This document shows, piece by piece, positions 25,091 to 39,350 of a stretch of 64,000 nucleotides of DNA. The position numbers were made by a program, and so were the translations under genes. Each line of letters starts with the position of its first letter. The stretch's first letter is position 1. Under the pieces are notes generated by a model that was not told the origin of the DNA, did no database searches, and saw nothing but the letters and a program-made list of their open reading frames with translations. Origin of the DNA: Octopus bimaculoides (Eukaryota); contig NC_068998.1 in the NCBI RefSeq assembly GCF_001194135.2, forward strand, positions 33,599,128 to 33,663,127, given 5' to 3'.

Positions 25091-25167
25091 TGATATACCC
25101 TCCTGCCTTCATCAGATGTCTTGGGGAAATTTCAAACCTGGGTTCTCATTCCTAAGGTATTTTTTGA

Positions 25168-25214
<47 letters not shown>

Positions 25215-25366
25215 TCACTGCCTGGAATTGAACTCGGAGTCTTGGGGTTAGTAGCCCACGCTCTTAACCACTACGCCATATGCCTGGGCATATGGCATAG
25301 TAGTTAAGAGTGCAGGCTACTAATCCCAAGATTCCAAGTTCAATTCCAAGCAGTGACTTGAACAAC

Positions 25367-25416
<50 letters not shown>

Positions 25417-25430
25417 CAACATCGAAAATA
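25091..25430. mobile_element. Palindromic element: two back-to-back tRNA-like heads + (AAT)n + hammerhead-bearing tail
   Basis: Arms 25158-25284 and 25287-25430 are inverted copies. Box A TGGCGTAGTGG and box B AGTTCAATTCC; the minus arm continues into GACAT-CTGATGA-A-GGCAG. Confidence 0.75.
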
Positions 25431-25454
25431 TTATACGCTACTTATAATGCATAA

Positions 25455-25618
25455 GACGATGAGCTTCTTTCAGTTTCTCTCTACCAAATCTGCACACAAG
25501 CCTTTGGTCGACCTGAAGCTATAGTAGAAGACATTTACCCAAGGTGCTACACAGTGGGACTGAACCTGGAACTATGTGATTAGGAAGCAAGCTTCTTACC
25601 ACACAGCCCACCTATACC
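25455..25618 (-). mobile_element. CORE-type SINE 5' half
   Basis: TTTACCCAAGGTGCTACACAGTGGGACTGAACC...CCACACAGCCCA matches the family head. Confidence 0.75.
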
Positions 25619-27059
25619 TGTGTATGTGTGTGTGCATGCATGTATGTGTGTGTGTGTGTGTGTGTTTGTATTAGACAGAGAGAGAGAAATAGAGAGGAGG
25701 AGAAAGAGAGAAGGGAGAAAGAGAGAGGGAGAGAAAAGAGAGAGAAAGAAAATGAGATGAAGAGAGTGAAAAAGTAAATTTATTTTTCATATTTTCTTTG
25801 CCAGTGTTAACAATATAACTGGCGGCATTCACAGTCATATGAATTTTAGAGAAAAATTCTTAGCATGGATTCAATAATTTCTGCATGTTTTCACTAATTT
25901 TATAAATACTGTTTTATTCTTTCTCACATCCTCCTCTTCCTTCTTTCTTTATCTCTTTCATTCTCACCTCTTCACTTTTTCTTTATTTTTCTTTATATGT
26001 TTGATACATGTTCTTCAAAAATAATATTTTTCAGTTTTTGCATTAAAATAACTTATTATCTGTACATCAGAATTTTTCATATCAAAAAAGATTTCTTGCC
26101 CATTCTTTCATAGTATATCAGTTTTGAATGTAAATTTATGTGCAGCAAAAGCAATTCAGTAAAAAATAAACAGAAAATTTGAAATTATTTTCTTGACCTC
26201 AGGTAATGAAGCTTGAAGGAAATGAAATGTGTTGTATAAAACGATAAATGGAATAATGATATGAGTTAGTTTGCTGGTGATATTTTAAACATGACATCAC
26301 TGCAAATACTTTTAACTACAGCTTCAACGACACAGATCTCCTCCCTGTTGTCACTTACACCATCTTTCTTGACAGATGCTCACTTCACTAATGTAAAATA
26401 GAGTGTTGAGCCATGATGTCTTTTGACAGGTGGAATTTGGATTTTTCAAGCAGGTCTGATGATAAATTCTTTGCAGTCACATGGGTCTGGATGCAGTCCC
26501 ACAGCACAAAACGTCAGGCAAGGGTCTTCCACCATAGCTTTATATGAATAGTATTTTGCATATGGAATCTGCATGACAGAAACTTTGAGGAAACTCAACA
26601 AGTATCTATCAGTTTGTCTGTCTGCTTGTACACACACATGTGCGTGCATGCATGAGAGAGAGAGAGAGACACACACACACACACATACACACACACATAT
26701 ACACACACACACACATTGAATGTTACTAGTACCATGTAATCTAATACAACCTCCTACATGGTCAAGCATTCAATAATTGAAGTGCCCCTCCACCATGTTA
26801 GTCTGGTGAAGTGAGTTAATACCTGCCAACAAATATGTGTTTTGATGTATTTGATGCTGACTAATGTACTTTTCAATGAATACTACATATCACCTACATA
26901 CAAGCATGTATGAAAACACACACACAAGTACACATTTGTATGTGTGTGTATGTGTGTGTGTGAGTGTGTGTGAGTGTGTGTGTGTATGTATGTGTGCTAT
27001 AATATACACTACCATAATATAATCTCTTCAAAAAGTCACATCCAAATACTACCACAAAT

Positions 27060-27093
27060 CCACCTCCTCCTCCTCCTATTACTACTCCTACTC

Positions 27094-27152
<59 letters not shown>
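27060..27152. repeat. (CCT)n/(ACT)n microsatellite
   Basis: Direct reading. Confidence 0.95.
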
Positions 27153-27153
<1 letters not shown>

Positions 27154-27339
27154 AAATCTGCCAAAAGGATAGCTGAACCCAGCATAGTGTGTATCTAGCA
27201 ATAGTACACAAGGATATAAAAATGCTCAATGGGTAAAATGAACTCCATGTAATACCACTTTGGGAATGATGAACTCCTAGTTCTGGACACAAGATCTGTC
27301 CAGAAGCAGAATAGTAAGGAGGTTTCATTACATCTAATT

Positions 27340-28420
27340 TGTGTGCACAGAAAAATGGAAAACAAAGTTATCCTAAATGAGGTTCTATTACAACAAATGC
27401 AAAAGCACCAATTCTAAAGACTACATAGTGATGTGTCCTGAGTGCTTTATCATGCAAAATGAAAGTGAAGTTACCAAAGGAAACTCTTCATAATTATCCT
27501 GGCTCTGTGATCAAATGTACCATTCTAAAAATAGAAGGAAAAATATTAAGAAATAAGTCAAAAACATCTGAAGCCCTATTTCCAAATGCTTTTTATCCTA
27601 TATACTGTTAGCACAATAAAAAGAAATATTCATTTAGAAAGATTTCTATATGGCACTCCTTCTGAAGACTATTGAAGAATTAGCTACTTGGGGAAAAGTT
27701 ATGAACAATTCATGACAGCAGATGATCCAAATGTGATCTTGATGTTTACGTATCCAACATCCTTTCATTACCTTAACAAAAATTCTTACTAGCCTTCCAG
27801 CAAATTTGACTGATGTCCTGATTTGTTATACTAGTTGTTTACCATTCACAGTAATATCTATGGGGAAAGTAGAAGAACAATACATTATCATACTGGAAGC
27901 TCTTGTTAAGATTTTTGCTACATGGAGTTTGGATTACAAAATAACTTATAACAGCTTTCGATTTTTTGAGTTGGTGTTTACATTTTTAGGTTGGTGCATA
28001 CAAAATGTTTCCAATTATTTTTTATCAATCAGTATGGAAAAACTTAAGAAGCTTAGACTTGTGACTCAGTACTTTATTGATGAAGTCTTTGCTTATTTTG
28101 CAACTCAGCGAATGATCTCCTGGATACTTTTCCTCTTTGAAAAAAGTATTTTGAAAAATTCCATATCCTTGAAGAAAATATATCACAAACAATACACTGG
28201 ATAGTAATTCAGTCCAGTTGATTATTGAGTCACATACAAATGTTTGTGTGCCAGGTTCACAGCATCTTGTTGACACTTTCATAGGTATGAATTTATGTTC
28301 ACTCCATGTTAAAGAGCCTTAAATGCACTGTTTTCTCAACAAGAATTTGACCACTTTATTGAACTATACAAACAGAAACACTTTGGAATATTTTGAAGAA
28401 TTGCTTATAATCTTCAAATA
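27340..28420 (+). pseudogene. Decayed Mutator-like (MULE) transposase
   Basis: FYQSVWK-(frameshift)-KLKKLRLVTQYFIDEVF resembles the MULE CxFHxxQxxWRK..LGL..Y segment. RALNALFSQQEFDHFIELYKQ resembles the MULE C-terminal helix. Many stops. Confidence 0.5.
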
Positions 28421-28742
28421 TAAATGTACTTTGCATCTTTTGAAAATTTCTTATCTCATAATTATATTTATATTCTTAGAAAGAAAATAGACACAGATTA
28501 CTTGAAAATATAGTAAAAATATACATAATTTAAAAGACATGTTGGACTTAATAAATTTACAGTAAGATGTTTCAAAAAAGTTATCAAAATATAATTTTTG
28601 ATATTTTTTTAATGTTTTTTTTTCTATGAATATATCCTTCAACCAAATTGCTTTACAGTCAATATTCTTTTGTCAAATACATTTTTGATAAATAATTCAT
28701 ATCCCATAGATACACTCACTCCCCCTCATATGCACATTCTCA

Positions 28743-28787
<45 letters not shown>

Positions 28788-29271
28788 CATTATCTACCGT
28801 CATAACATTAAGCAATCTTTTCTAGAGGCCATATTCTTACAACAAATAATAAAAATAATGATAATAATGGTGATGATGATTATCATCATGATTATAACTG
28901 CAACAGTAACAACAATAATATTAACTATTTTTGAATTAGTCACAAGGATAGCTAATATAGCTAAAGAGATAAGATATTGTTTATTAATTGAGAAAAACCA
29001 TGTACTTTTTGGCTTCAAGAAAAACAAGCCTTAAACAAATCAGATGGAAAAAAAAACTTGAGTGACAAGTAAAAGAGGCAGTTTTGATTGAAACTGAGAA
29101 ACAGTATGATCTAATGCTGACTTGGGCGAGGGTAGAAAAGAAAAAGATACAGGCAATTTGTAAAAAAGACATAGAGAAAGACAAATAGTGAGAGCAAGTG
29201 ATTAGGTATTACTGCAGAAATAAATAAAACAGAGTGGTAAAACAAGAATAGACAGAACTTTTATATATAAA

Positions 29272-29336
<65 letters not shown>

Positions 29337-30683
29337 GTATAAAAGTAGTGAATAATACATGTAACTATAGAGTTAAGGTTCTAAGACTTAGATTCCTTGG
29401 TTGCAATGTCTAGCTTATATAGTAGGAGAAAGAAATATTTATTCACACTTTCATATCTTTGCAATTGTTTTAGTTCCATAGTAGCATATATAACCATTAA
29501 ATCGTATACTACCTACACATCTTACAATTGTACAACTGTTTCAATACTGAGTAACTTTCAAAGATATATATGCTTAAAAGCATCTGTAGGTATTTTGGAG
29601 ATTACATAATAAAAATGTCAACCCAAAATCCACAAAGCATCCATGTTTCGAGACATGTGTGTGAGTGAGTGACTTGTAACAATTGCATATAAATGTACAA
29701 GTAAATGTTTTTGTGTCCTAAGTCAATATAATGCTTATTATATTACTAAATTTCTGAATGTATCAGAATTTTCAACAACTGATCCGAAAAACTTTCATTT
29801 TGTTTTCTACAGTACAATTTAAATTTTTAATTTTAATTTATTAAGTAAACATCAAAATATTCTTTCCTTTATTTTCCATTACTCAATAAACTTCTGTGTA
29901 TAATATCAATCTCTTGGCTAGGTGTCAAGCAATGGATATTCACAGTTTTTACATAGTTTAATCTCTGATCTTTTCAATAATTCCAGGGTCTTATTTTTTT
30001 GATAAGTGGTTGTTTTGTGGATGCTGCATTGATGTTTTTCATAGATGTCATATGTTTTCCCCCAAATAAACTGTTGAACATACATTTATTCATACCTTTG
30101 TGAAGATACATATGCATTAAAACAGTTGAACAATTGTAAGGTAATTTAATCCTTAACAGATAAATATATTGATAGCTTGACAGATAAGCAACAGGTAGGC
30201 AGGTAATTTCGTTTCGTGAGAAAGTGATTGAGTAAGATATGCTTTATAATTTGTTTTGCCCTAACACTCAGAGCCATTCTGGAATGATTTGTGATAGTTG
30301 TTGTATAAAAGAGAGAACAGCATTGATTGGCAAATAAGAATTTAATGGCTATAGATTGAGAAAAACACATTGAAACAAAATATTGACAATGACAAAACTA
30401 TTACAAATGGTGACAAGAGCAATTTAAAATTTAATCTGTTTTATATGAAAATGTTTACCATTTAAAAATGACAGTTTGATTAATTACTTTGGATTTTTAA
30501 ACTAAAAGATGTGCATGCAGTTTCTGTATCTACTTAAGATTACAGATTTACATGCACACATACATGTATATGTGTATATGTACATATGTATATACAGATA
30601 TGTGTGTGTATGTATATGCAAACATACATGCATATACATACATTTATATACATACATATGCATACACATATATATATATACAT

Positions 30684-30760
<77 letters not shown>

Positions 30761-31246
30761 TACATACACACATACCTAACCACCCACAAATAAAGTAGAA
30801 AATTGGATTTAGAGATGCAAGTAATACTCACAGTAAATACTATCACAAGGAATCGACTATCAGTTCATGTGATAATTAAATTATGATGTAGTTTAACCTG
30901 TCCAGGCAACCAAAAACTCAACCTATACAAGTAGTAAATATTTCCATAGTGAGTAAATAATAATCATAAAATGAAGAGATATGGGTAGTGAATACAAATT
31001 TATTATTATTGCAAATATAATATGCAACATATTGCTGAAGCAGACATATTGATGTAAATTGTATATATTAATTTGGAATGTTAATAATACTACATTGAGA
31101 AGTGCATGGAAATCAAATGGAAAATCAATTGGAAAATAATAAAACTGTATTCACTTCTGACATATACATACATACAAACATACACACACAGATACATATT
31201 TGAACATATATGTGGAGGTATACATATATATATATATGTGTGTGCC

Positions 31247-31475
31247 ATCATCATCATCATCATCGTTTAACGTCTGCTTTCCATACTAGCATGGGTTGGA
31301 TGATTTGACTGAGGACTGGCAAGTCAGAAGGCTGCACCAGGCTCCAATCTGATGTAGTGTAGCACCCACTACACTCTCTGAGTGGTTGACATTAGGAAGG
31401 GCATCCAGCTGTAGAAACTCTGCCAAATCAGATTGGAGCCTGGTGTAGCCATCTGGTTTCACCAGTCCTCAGTTG
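31247..31475. mobile_element. Fold-back pair of RTE-type 3' UTR/tail fragments
   Basis: Minus-strand tail (CATCATCATC...GGCTCCAATCTGAT) followed by a plus-strand copy of the same module found at 22912-23035. Confidence 0.75.
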
Positions 31476-32035
31476 AGCCCATGTGGTGCAAAGGAATAAG
31501 GAGAGAAGATTAATTCCTGTTCATGGCGAAGGCGGGAGTCCGGATAGTCCCTGTGCAAAGAAAATCTGAACACAGACAGATGTTGTAGCGAATGCCAGGT
31601 AGGCTGGGGTGTCATTGCCAAGTCTGATGTCTTGGAGGTGCTCTGTGAACCAGTCAGCTAAGCGGTGTCCTGTTTAGAGGAGGGCAGAAAGAGCAGGAGG
31701 TAAATGATGTTACTAGAAGTGCAAGTAAAGGAGTTGGTGATATGATAGGGATGATGATGGGTGCCTGTGAAGATGGTTGTGTTGGAGAGATTGGGGCAAG
31801 TGCAGTAGTATGGGTGGGAGAAAGGGAACGAGCCAAGTTGGGAGGTGGGTTAGGGAAGAAACTCTGGATCAGGAGGTCATGCAGGTTGTGGGCTCGTTTG
31901 AAGGAGAGAAGGGGTAAGTTGGGGAAGATGTGTGAGGTGGAGGGGTCGGACTGGAGTCGCCGGGAGGCTTAGAGAATGGTGCCTTGGAGGGGTGATAGGT
32001 AAGGGGAAACAGGAGACAGGCAATAGCAGGGTGGG
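31476..32035 (-). mobile_element. Penelope-like element fragment, decayed RT linker/GIY-YIG endonuclease
   Basis: Minus strand reads RRLQSDPSTSHIFPNLPLLSFKRAHNLHDLL...YHITNSFTCTSSNIIYL...FTEHLQDIRLGNDTP, the PLE endonuclease region with the YIG segment deleted. Confidence 0.8.
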
Positions 32036-32051
32036 TGCTGGGAGAGAGAGC

Positions 32052-32104
<53 letters not shown>

Positions 32105-32369
32105 AATGAGTGGGTAAATGAAAGAAAGGGGACTGAACACATTTATTAGGAGTTATAATATATAATATTCAAAACAATTTGATTTGGATTCAATCCTACT
32201 TCAAGTTTTGCAGGCCCCTAATAAAGCCTAATTCCTCAGGTTCATGGAATAACCAAATCCAGCTATTCCATGAGAAGCCTGAAGAGGTAGGATCTGTTAG
32301 GGGCCTGCATAACTTGAAGTAGCACAGATTCTGAATCAGTGTTTTGAATATTATATATATATATATATT

Positions 32370-32670
32370 CTTTTATTCTCTTACTTGTTTCAGTCATTTG
32401 AGTGTGGCCATGCTGGAGCACTGCCTTTAGTTGAACACACCACATCAGTTGTCAAGCGATGGGGGGGGGGGGAAACAGATACACGAACATATACATATAT
32501 ATAGATACGATGGGCTTCTTTCAATTTCGTCTACAAATCCACTCACAAGGTTTTGGTCGGCCTGAGGCTATAGTAGAAGACACTTGCCCAAGGTACCATA
32601 CAGTGGAACAGAACCCAGAACCATGTGGTTGGTAAGCAAGCTACTTACAACACAGCCACTCCTATGCCTG
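32370..32670 (-). mobile_element. CORE-type SINE (internally deleted)
   Basis: Both tail and head motifs present on the minus strand. Confidence 0.8.
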
Positions 32671-33110
32671 TATATATCAAATAAATTAAAGCACTCATTC
32701 TTAGGTCATTAATTAAGTGTGGCATATAAAAACAGATTTGTATTTTTTTGTTTGTGTTGGGACAGGAGTAAACTGAAGTCACAGATATTACTGAATTGTA
32801 CTAGATTGATCCCAATAGGCAACTATGATATTTATTCTGAAGAGTCTGAGGTGAGAGAGGACAAATATTTACTCTATGATAAATAGTTTTCAAGTAAGTA
32901 ATTTCCACTCAGTGTAACTGTTATAAAATGATCTAAAAACTTTTCTAATTTATAATGTAATTTATACTTAACTTTATGGTAATGCTAAACTAGAATATGC
33001 CATCTTTCAAACTTAGAAGCACTTAAATTTTAGAAAAATGCTTCATCCACTCTTGAATGAAACAAACCTTGTATAAATTATGGTCTTGCTTAAAATTTAA
33101 AATATCAAGA

Positions 33111-33175
<65 letters not shown>

Positions 33176-35844
33176 AAAATTATTATTATTAACTTCTTTT
33201 GCATTTTCACTTTGATGGTATAATTTTTTTTTGTTTTTTTGTTTTGCTACAATTATGTGGGGAAAAGGTAGTTGAAAACGAAGTGTAGCAATGCATTTAG
33301 AAGGTTTTTTAAGATATTAGCATAACTGTTTGTAATAATATAACTTCCTACCTGAAGCTAATCCTTCTAGGTTTAAATAACAAAAAATAAAAAAGTATGA
33401 TTAAATTGATATAGGTATTCTTATAATTAATATTTCTCGCTGTAATGAAATCCTAACTTTCAATAAGCAATATCTGAAAATTTGAATTCACAAATATAAC
33501 AAAAAATACCAATATTTCTATATGGAGATGATGCATTACATAAGTTTAATAATTATAGCTCTAAGTATAAGAATAATGAGATGGTGGTTGTGGTGGTAGT
33601 GGTGGTGTGATGGTGGTAGCAGTAATGATAGTAGTAGTTAGCTAAGCAATGAATAATCCTGTCTTGCCTTGACATATGATACATATATGGTTTGCTAATT
33701 GTCACTAATTTAAGTACAATTAGGGTAGATGTTTAGTCCCCAATACTTGATGGGTACTTTCTTTTACTCTTGAAAGGATGAAATGTAGAAGTGACGTTAG
33801 TGGCATTTGAACTCAGAATGCAAAGGACAAAAAAAAAAACATTACTGAAACACATTTTTCGTGGTTCTCAAATGAGTGTACCCGTCACCACCTTTAGTCA
33901 ACTACTACTAATAATAATAATACAGGTAACAGGTAAATTTGTTGTTGAATGATTCAAGTAATTGAGTCTTCCTCAATAAGATTTACAAGATTTTGATTCA
34001 CCCTACAAGTCTGTGAGCAAAACTGAAAGTACAACTTTTATTTATTTATTTTTGATCTGAGTCAGATGTAGGGCAGAGCTCAAACACTTTTCAGAATCTC
34101 TATAGCTGATGGTAGAAAGTTACCCTTAGAAACCAAGTCCAAATAATCTCTGTCTGTCTTGCTGTTTGGAAGATTCAGTCATGTAAATTATATGCTAGAA
34201 TTTTTGCTAAAGTATAGACTTCAGCATATTTGCTGAAGTAGTGGAGAGAGAGTCATTCAGTTCATGAACAATATTGCTGACAGAAAGTTGTGAAAATTAA
34301 CATATTTTAAAAATATAATGTTAGTCATTAGGCTAATGTTATTTTTCTCTCTGTATTATTAATTTTAATGAGATTTTTGTTATACTGATTATATAGATAT
34401 GGTAAATCTAAGTTATCTAATTATAGCTTTCTAAGTAAAGAATATTTCTGAATAAGTTTCTTCAGTGATTGATTTTTCAAATATGCTAAATTTTCTTGTG
34501 AAGTCTATGTCTTGCTGAGCAGATAAAAATAAGACTGAAATATACCTAGGGTTATTTCCCTTTGATGTAGGTGATATTGGAAATAATATTTGTCACTAAC
34601 CTAATAATTTTCTTACTATGTAATTGTTTTTAAATAAATTCTGTTTCACACTGCTTTAATCTTTACATGACTATTGTAGGTAATATTGGGATGTAATCAC
34701 AGCTAATGTTATTCTAGTAGTCTCGCTATTTTTATAAGTTAACTTTTCAAAGTATACAAAGTAAAATAAAACAAAGAAATTAAGAATTAAGAGGAGAGAG
34801 AGAGAGGAAGAAAGAGAGAAAAGGAGGGGAATGTATGTGTGTATTTATGTGTGTGTCAAGAGATGAGTAAAATAGTTATATAATACTAAAGTCATATTAT
34901 ACTAAATGCTGCATAGCCATGTTGTGTATTATAAAGTGGATAATGACTCATCAATATAAACTGTCTGTACAGCAAGTGAAAAATTATGCATTTCAGTATT
35001 CTGTGTCACACAATGTTGGCATAACTTAGTGTTAACATGGAAGACTCTACAGTTAGGAAGGAGAATTGTCTCTATTCTGCTGTTTAACAGCTTCATTTAA
35101 TTCTGTTTAAGAGATAAGACAGAATGGAAAATTGGTGAAAAGAGCAGCAGCAAGATAGACAAAGAACAATAGAGTGTGTTGGAAATGTCATGAAGTGAAT
35201 GGAATAAATTGGTTAGTGAATCTAAGCTTGAGTAATAGGGCAGCCAGTTGGTGTTCTGCATATTATTGCTTTGCAGTGATGAAGATGAAATGGTAGTGTT
35301 GGTGGCGGATGTGGTGAAAATAGCAATGATTGGTATAGTAGAAGTGCTTGTGGGAGCAAGGAAGGTGATGGTAGTGGTGGTGGTGATGAAGATGGTTCTT
35401 GTTGGGGAAAATGGTTGTGGAAGTAATTCTTGTGGTGATATGATGATTACAATGGTTATGGTAAGATGGTAGTTGTTATGATGGTCATGAAAGTAGGTAT
35501 TATGGTGGTATTGGTTATGAAGTCAATAGTTTAGGATCTCATTGTGAATGTCACAAGTAAATTGTGTTTTAATCCAAAGCATTAAGCAGCTTAACATTTT
35601 CTTCCAGCATTAACAACTGGAATGAAGAAATCTCTTGAAAATGGATTGTATTTCTTTTCTTTTCCTTATTAACTGAAGAAAATCTAATCAAATCTGTCCA
35701 TGGTTGAAGCAATGCTCTCTACAACATAAATCAGACTCTAAAAAATACTGAGTCTCAAAAGCATACTCAATCCAATTCATCCCCTCCGACATAGGATCAT
35801 ATTTTATTTCCTGAAAGACATTTCTAGTAATCTGTGTTATGCTC

Positions 35845-35968
<124 letters not shown>

Positions 35969-38900
35969 TGTACAACAGAGTTAATATTGTATTAAACACA
36001 TAGTCAAAAAGCCATATATATATAGGGTTTGCTATGCGTAAGGATCTTCAGTCTAAAGTCAAACTTGAATATATATATGTTCTTTGAAGCATCATATGCT
36101 GTAGTATGACAAAGTCATAGAGTTCTTTTCAACATACCTGAATGATATAATTTGGTTGAAGTCAGTCTTTTACCACTTCTATGTATTGTTACATTCTATA
36201 CATTTTCATTTAACACAACAAAGACCTGCAATAAGCTGAAATAGATCTGATTAACTATCTCTTCCTACTTCATTGGAACCTTTCTTCTTCTACAAATCAG
36301 GCCTGTGGTCCACAACGAATTTTCTCACTGAAATTTTCAGTTGTCTTCTGTGTTATAAGTCTCCATTTACTCCTCCTCTTCCTTTTCTATATAGACATCA
36401 CTTTTTCAGACTAATTCATTAATATGTAAGAAGCAATATAAATAATATCTTAGCTTCAATAAATCCAGATTGTGTTCTCAGCAAATTAAAAATGAAAATG
36501 GCCCACTGCTAGTTTACCAAAATTGCATACTGAAGTATTCAGTCCTTTGTGTTTTAAAATGAAGTGAAAACTTCATATACTTTTGTCTTTTATTCTAATT
36601 CCATTCACAATGAAGATGCTTTATAGGAATATTAAGCTAAAACTTAAATAACTCTTTATTCTAAGAGTCTTGCAAGAACAAAAGACAAAGTTCGTATCTG
36701 TGGTGTTTGAACTCTGAATGGAAAGGGTCATAACTAAATACTGCAAACATTTTGTCGGATGATTCTATCACATCAAGTATTTAGCAATGATTGATGAATT
36801 TCACTAGTAGTTTTGAACTTGTATGCAATGTAGTCTTATATTTATAAGAGAAACTAATCTTATGAAATTACATGTATTTAAGATGATATCATGACTATAC
36901 ATTTGGTTTAATAGTTCAGGGTTCATGAAAACTACATTATTTTTCAATTTTTTTTGTGTGTGTGCACGCGCGCACACGTGCATGAATGAGTGCACACATA
37001 CCATGCACCGTATAGGTTTCTCAACTGTGAGAATGAAAAGCAGGGCACTACTAATACAGCTTAAGCAACTTCTTAATTCTATACATTTTCTTTTAACTGC
37101 CTATAAAAATGTTTGTTATATTTTTCTTTTTATTCCTTTACATTTAATCTAAGACTTCCAAGAGGTTATTCTATATTCAAATATTTTTCGGTTATATATC
37201 TATAATCTAAATAAAAATGAAATATTGAATAATGATATATAAATATTGATATACACATTTGAAATAGCAATGAATGTTTGATTATAAATTCAATTCATAA
37301 CACTGTCTTTTCTTGTTGTTGTTTTCACTTCTATTTAGCTTTAAATGAGCAATGACTACATAGAATCTAATTCAGTGTCAATGTATTTATTATTGGCAAC
37401 TCATTCCAGACTTCAACAAGATTTAATTTTAATTTTATAGCTGCTTACGAAGACTCTTTTTATTTAGGTTTTGATCTGGCAATCAGAACACAAACTGTTT
37501 TGTATATGTTCAGCTTTGATACTTGTATCTAATTCATACTACCAGGATTTTGATTCTTCCCCAAAAAATAAGAGCACATCAAAAGTGACTAACCTAAACT
37601 GTCAATGATTTAGAATGGTTTAAAAGAATAAAAATTATTTGAATGAATGTGATAAAACTTCACACCACTGACCTGGTTTATTACAAATTCTACATATGCT
37701 AAATTGTTGATCACATTCTACTCAAAGCTATCTGTATTATTATCTGAATTCAATGTTTTAAATACTTAATAATAAGGACCTTAAATCCTATGTTGAACTA
37801 ACTCTGCTATGCCTACTCAAAGTTTAGTCATAGACATGCATTCACTTACTTAGCTGTGAAGCACATAAAAGTAGTCTGCAACATCTTATTTCTTTTCTAT
37901 TATGACTTAATATTCAATAAAAATAAAGAAAAAAAAACTTGAAATAGAGAGTAGATGCCAAAGCAAGAAATCTGATATTTTCTTTTCAACACAAAAATAA
38001 TTTACTCTAAATGAGCTTTGTTATACTATTTGTATTTATTCTATGACCAAGGATGAATGAATGACAAACACAAAATCTATCTAGATTTGAAACCTGAACT
38101 AAAATTTTGAAACATATTGAATACTATTAGGTATTTAGCTTCATGATCTACTATGTCTGTAAACTTTCTCCAATGTATTCAATTCATTGATGAGAAATTT
38201 TCAGTTCACCTAATAACATAGTCACACTGTAAATATGCAGAATGTTAATCCAATTCTTCTCCCTTCATAGACAGACAGAATTGCCTAAAATAGCTGCATC
38301 ATCTTTCATTTTCACTTTCCAAATCTTTTGTAGTTTTATTCTGTTTGACATGCATATCCTGCAGAGAGAACATTGTACATTTATTTGACATTTTTCAACA
38401 GACCTTCTGTTCTCCCTTTTATTTTACAGCTAACAATAAAAACCATTAAATCTGGCATACAACCATGACTATTTCAACCCATTTGTATACCTATCAAGCA
38501 TACTTAACTCTAAAGAAACCAATAATGCACACACAGCATCAACACTTTTCGGTTTTTTTGGCAACAAAAGAAAGTCATAGAAATAGCACAACTATGTTTT
38601 TTTTTCTCTGCTCTTACAATGTCAGAAGATTTCATACATTGCATGCCACTATGTATACATGTAAGTGAATTCTCGGAAAAAAAAAAAAAAAGAAACACTA
38701 TCAAACATACAGTATAGAAAGCTGACTGAACAGTAAGGAACAGAACTTACAAAGCAACAAGTCTATAACAATGTTTACATACCTCATTTTCATATTTTTG
38801 CCTCATTTACATTGATAATGCTTTTAAGGTAGATGTGAAGGTCTCACCTTTTGCCGAGTTACCACAGAGGAGAATATTCTAAATCATCCAATAATATCAA

Positions 38901-39301
38901 ATGATATCATTGATTGGGGAATTACTAAACAGAAAATGGAATATTCTTTCCTGTGTGCACATACACAGTAGAAAAATAATTTACTAGTTTTAAATATATT
39001 CTTTTGATCTTTTTCTGGCTTTAGTTATTGAACTGCAGTGATATTGAGGCCTTGGCTTCAAGGATGTTATTCAGTCAGATGTACCCCCATTTCTTATTTC
39101 AGTTTGGTATTTATTTTCTTGATGGTTTTTGACTCAGCTATAAGTTATGAGAAATAAAGCATTACTACATAATCAACAACACCAATATTTCTAACAATGT
39201 ATTTATAAGCACTGACACACACACACACTCATACACATAGAAGTTTATGTGTGTGTGTGTGTGCATATATATATATGTGTATGAGTGTACATGTGTGTGT
39301 G

Positions 39302-39350
<49 letters not shown>

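Noticed and set aside
25211-25360. Two apparent tRNA-Ser(ACT) genes
   Set aside because: No acceptor stem, broken T and anticodon stems, and followed by repeat tails; these are SINE-like heads, not tRNA genes.
30502-30846. Overlapping HT/YI/CV-rich ORFs (also 3802-4228, 6647-6960, 49084-49333, 50063-50326)
   Set aside because: Translations of (CA)n/(TA)n mosaics, not proteins.
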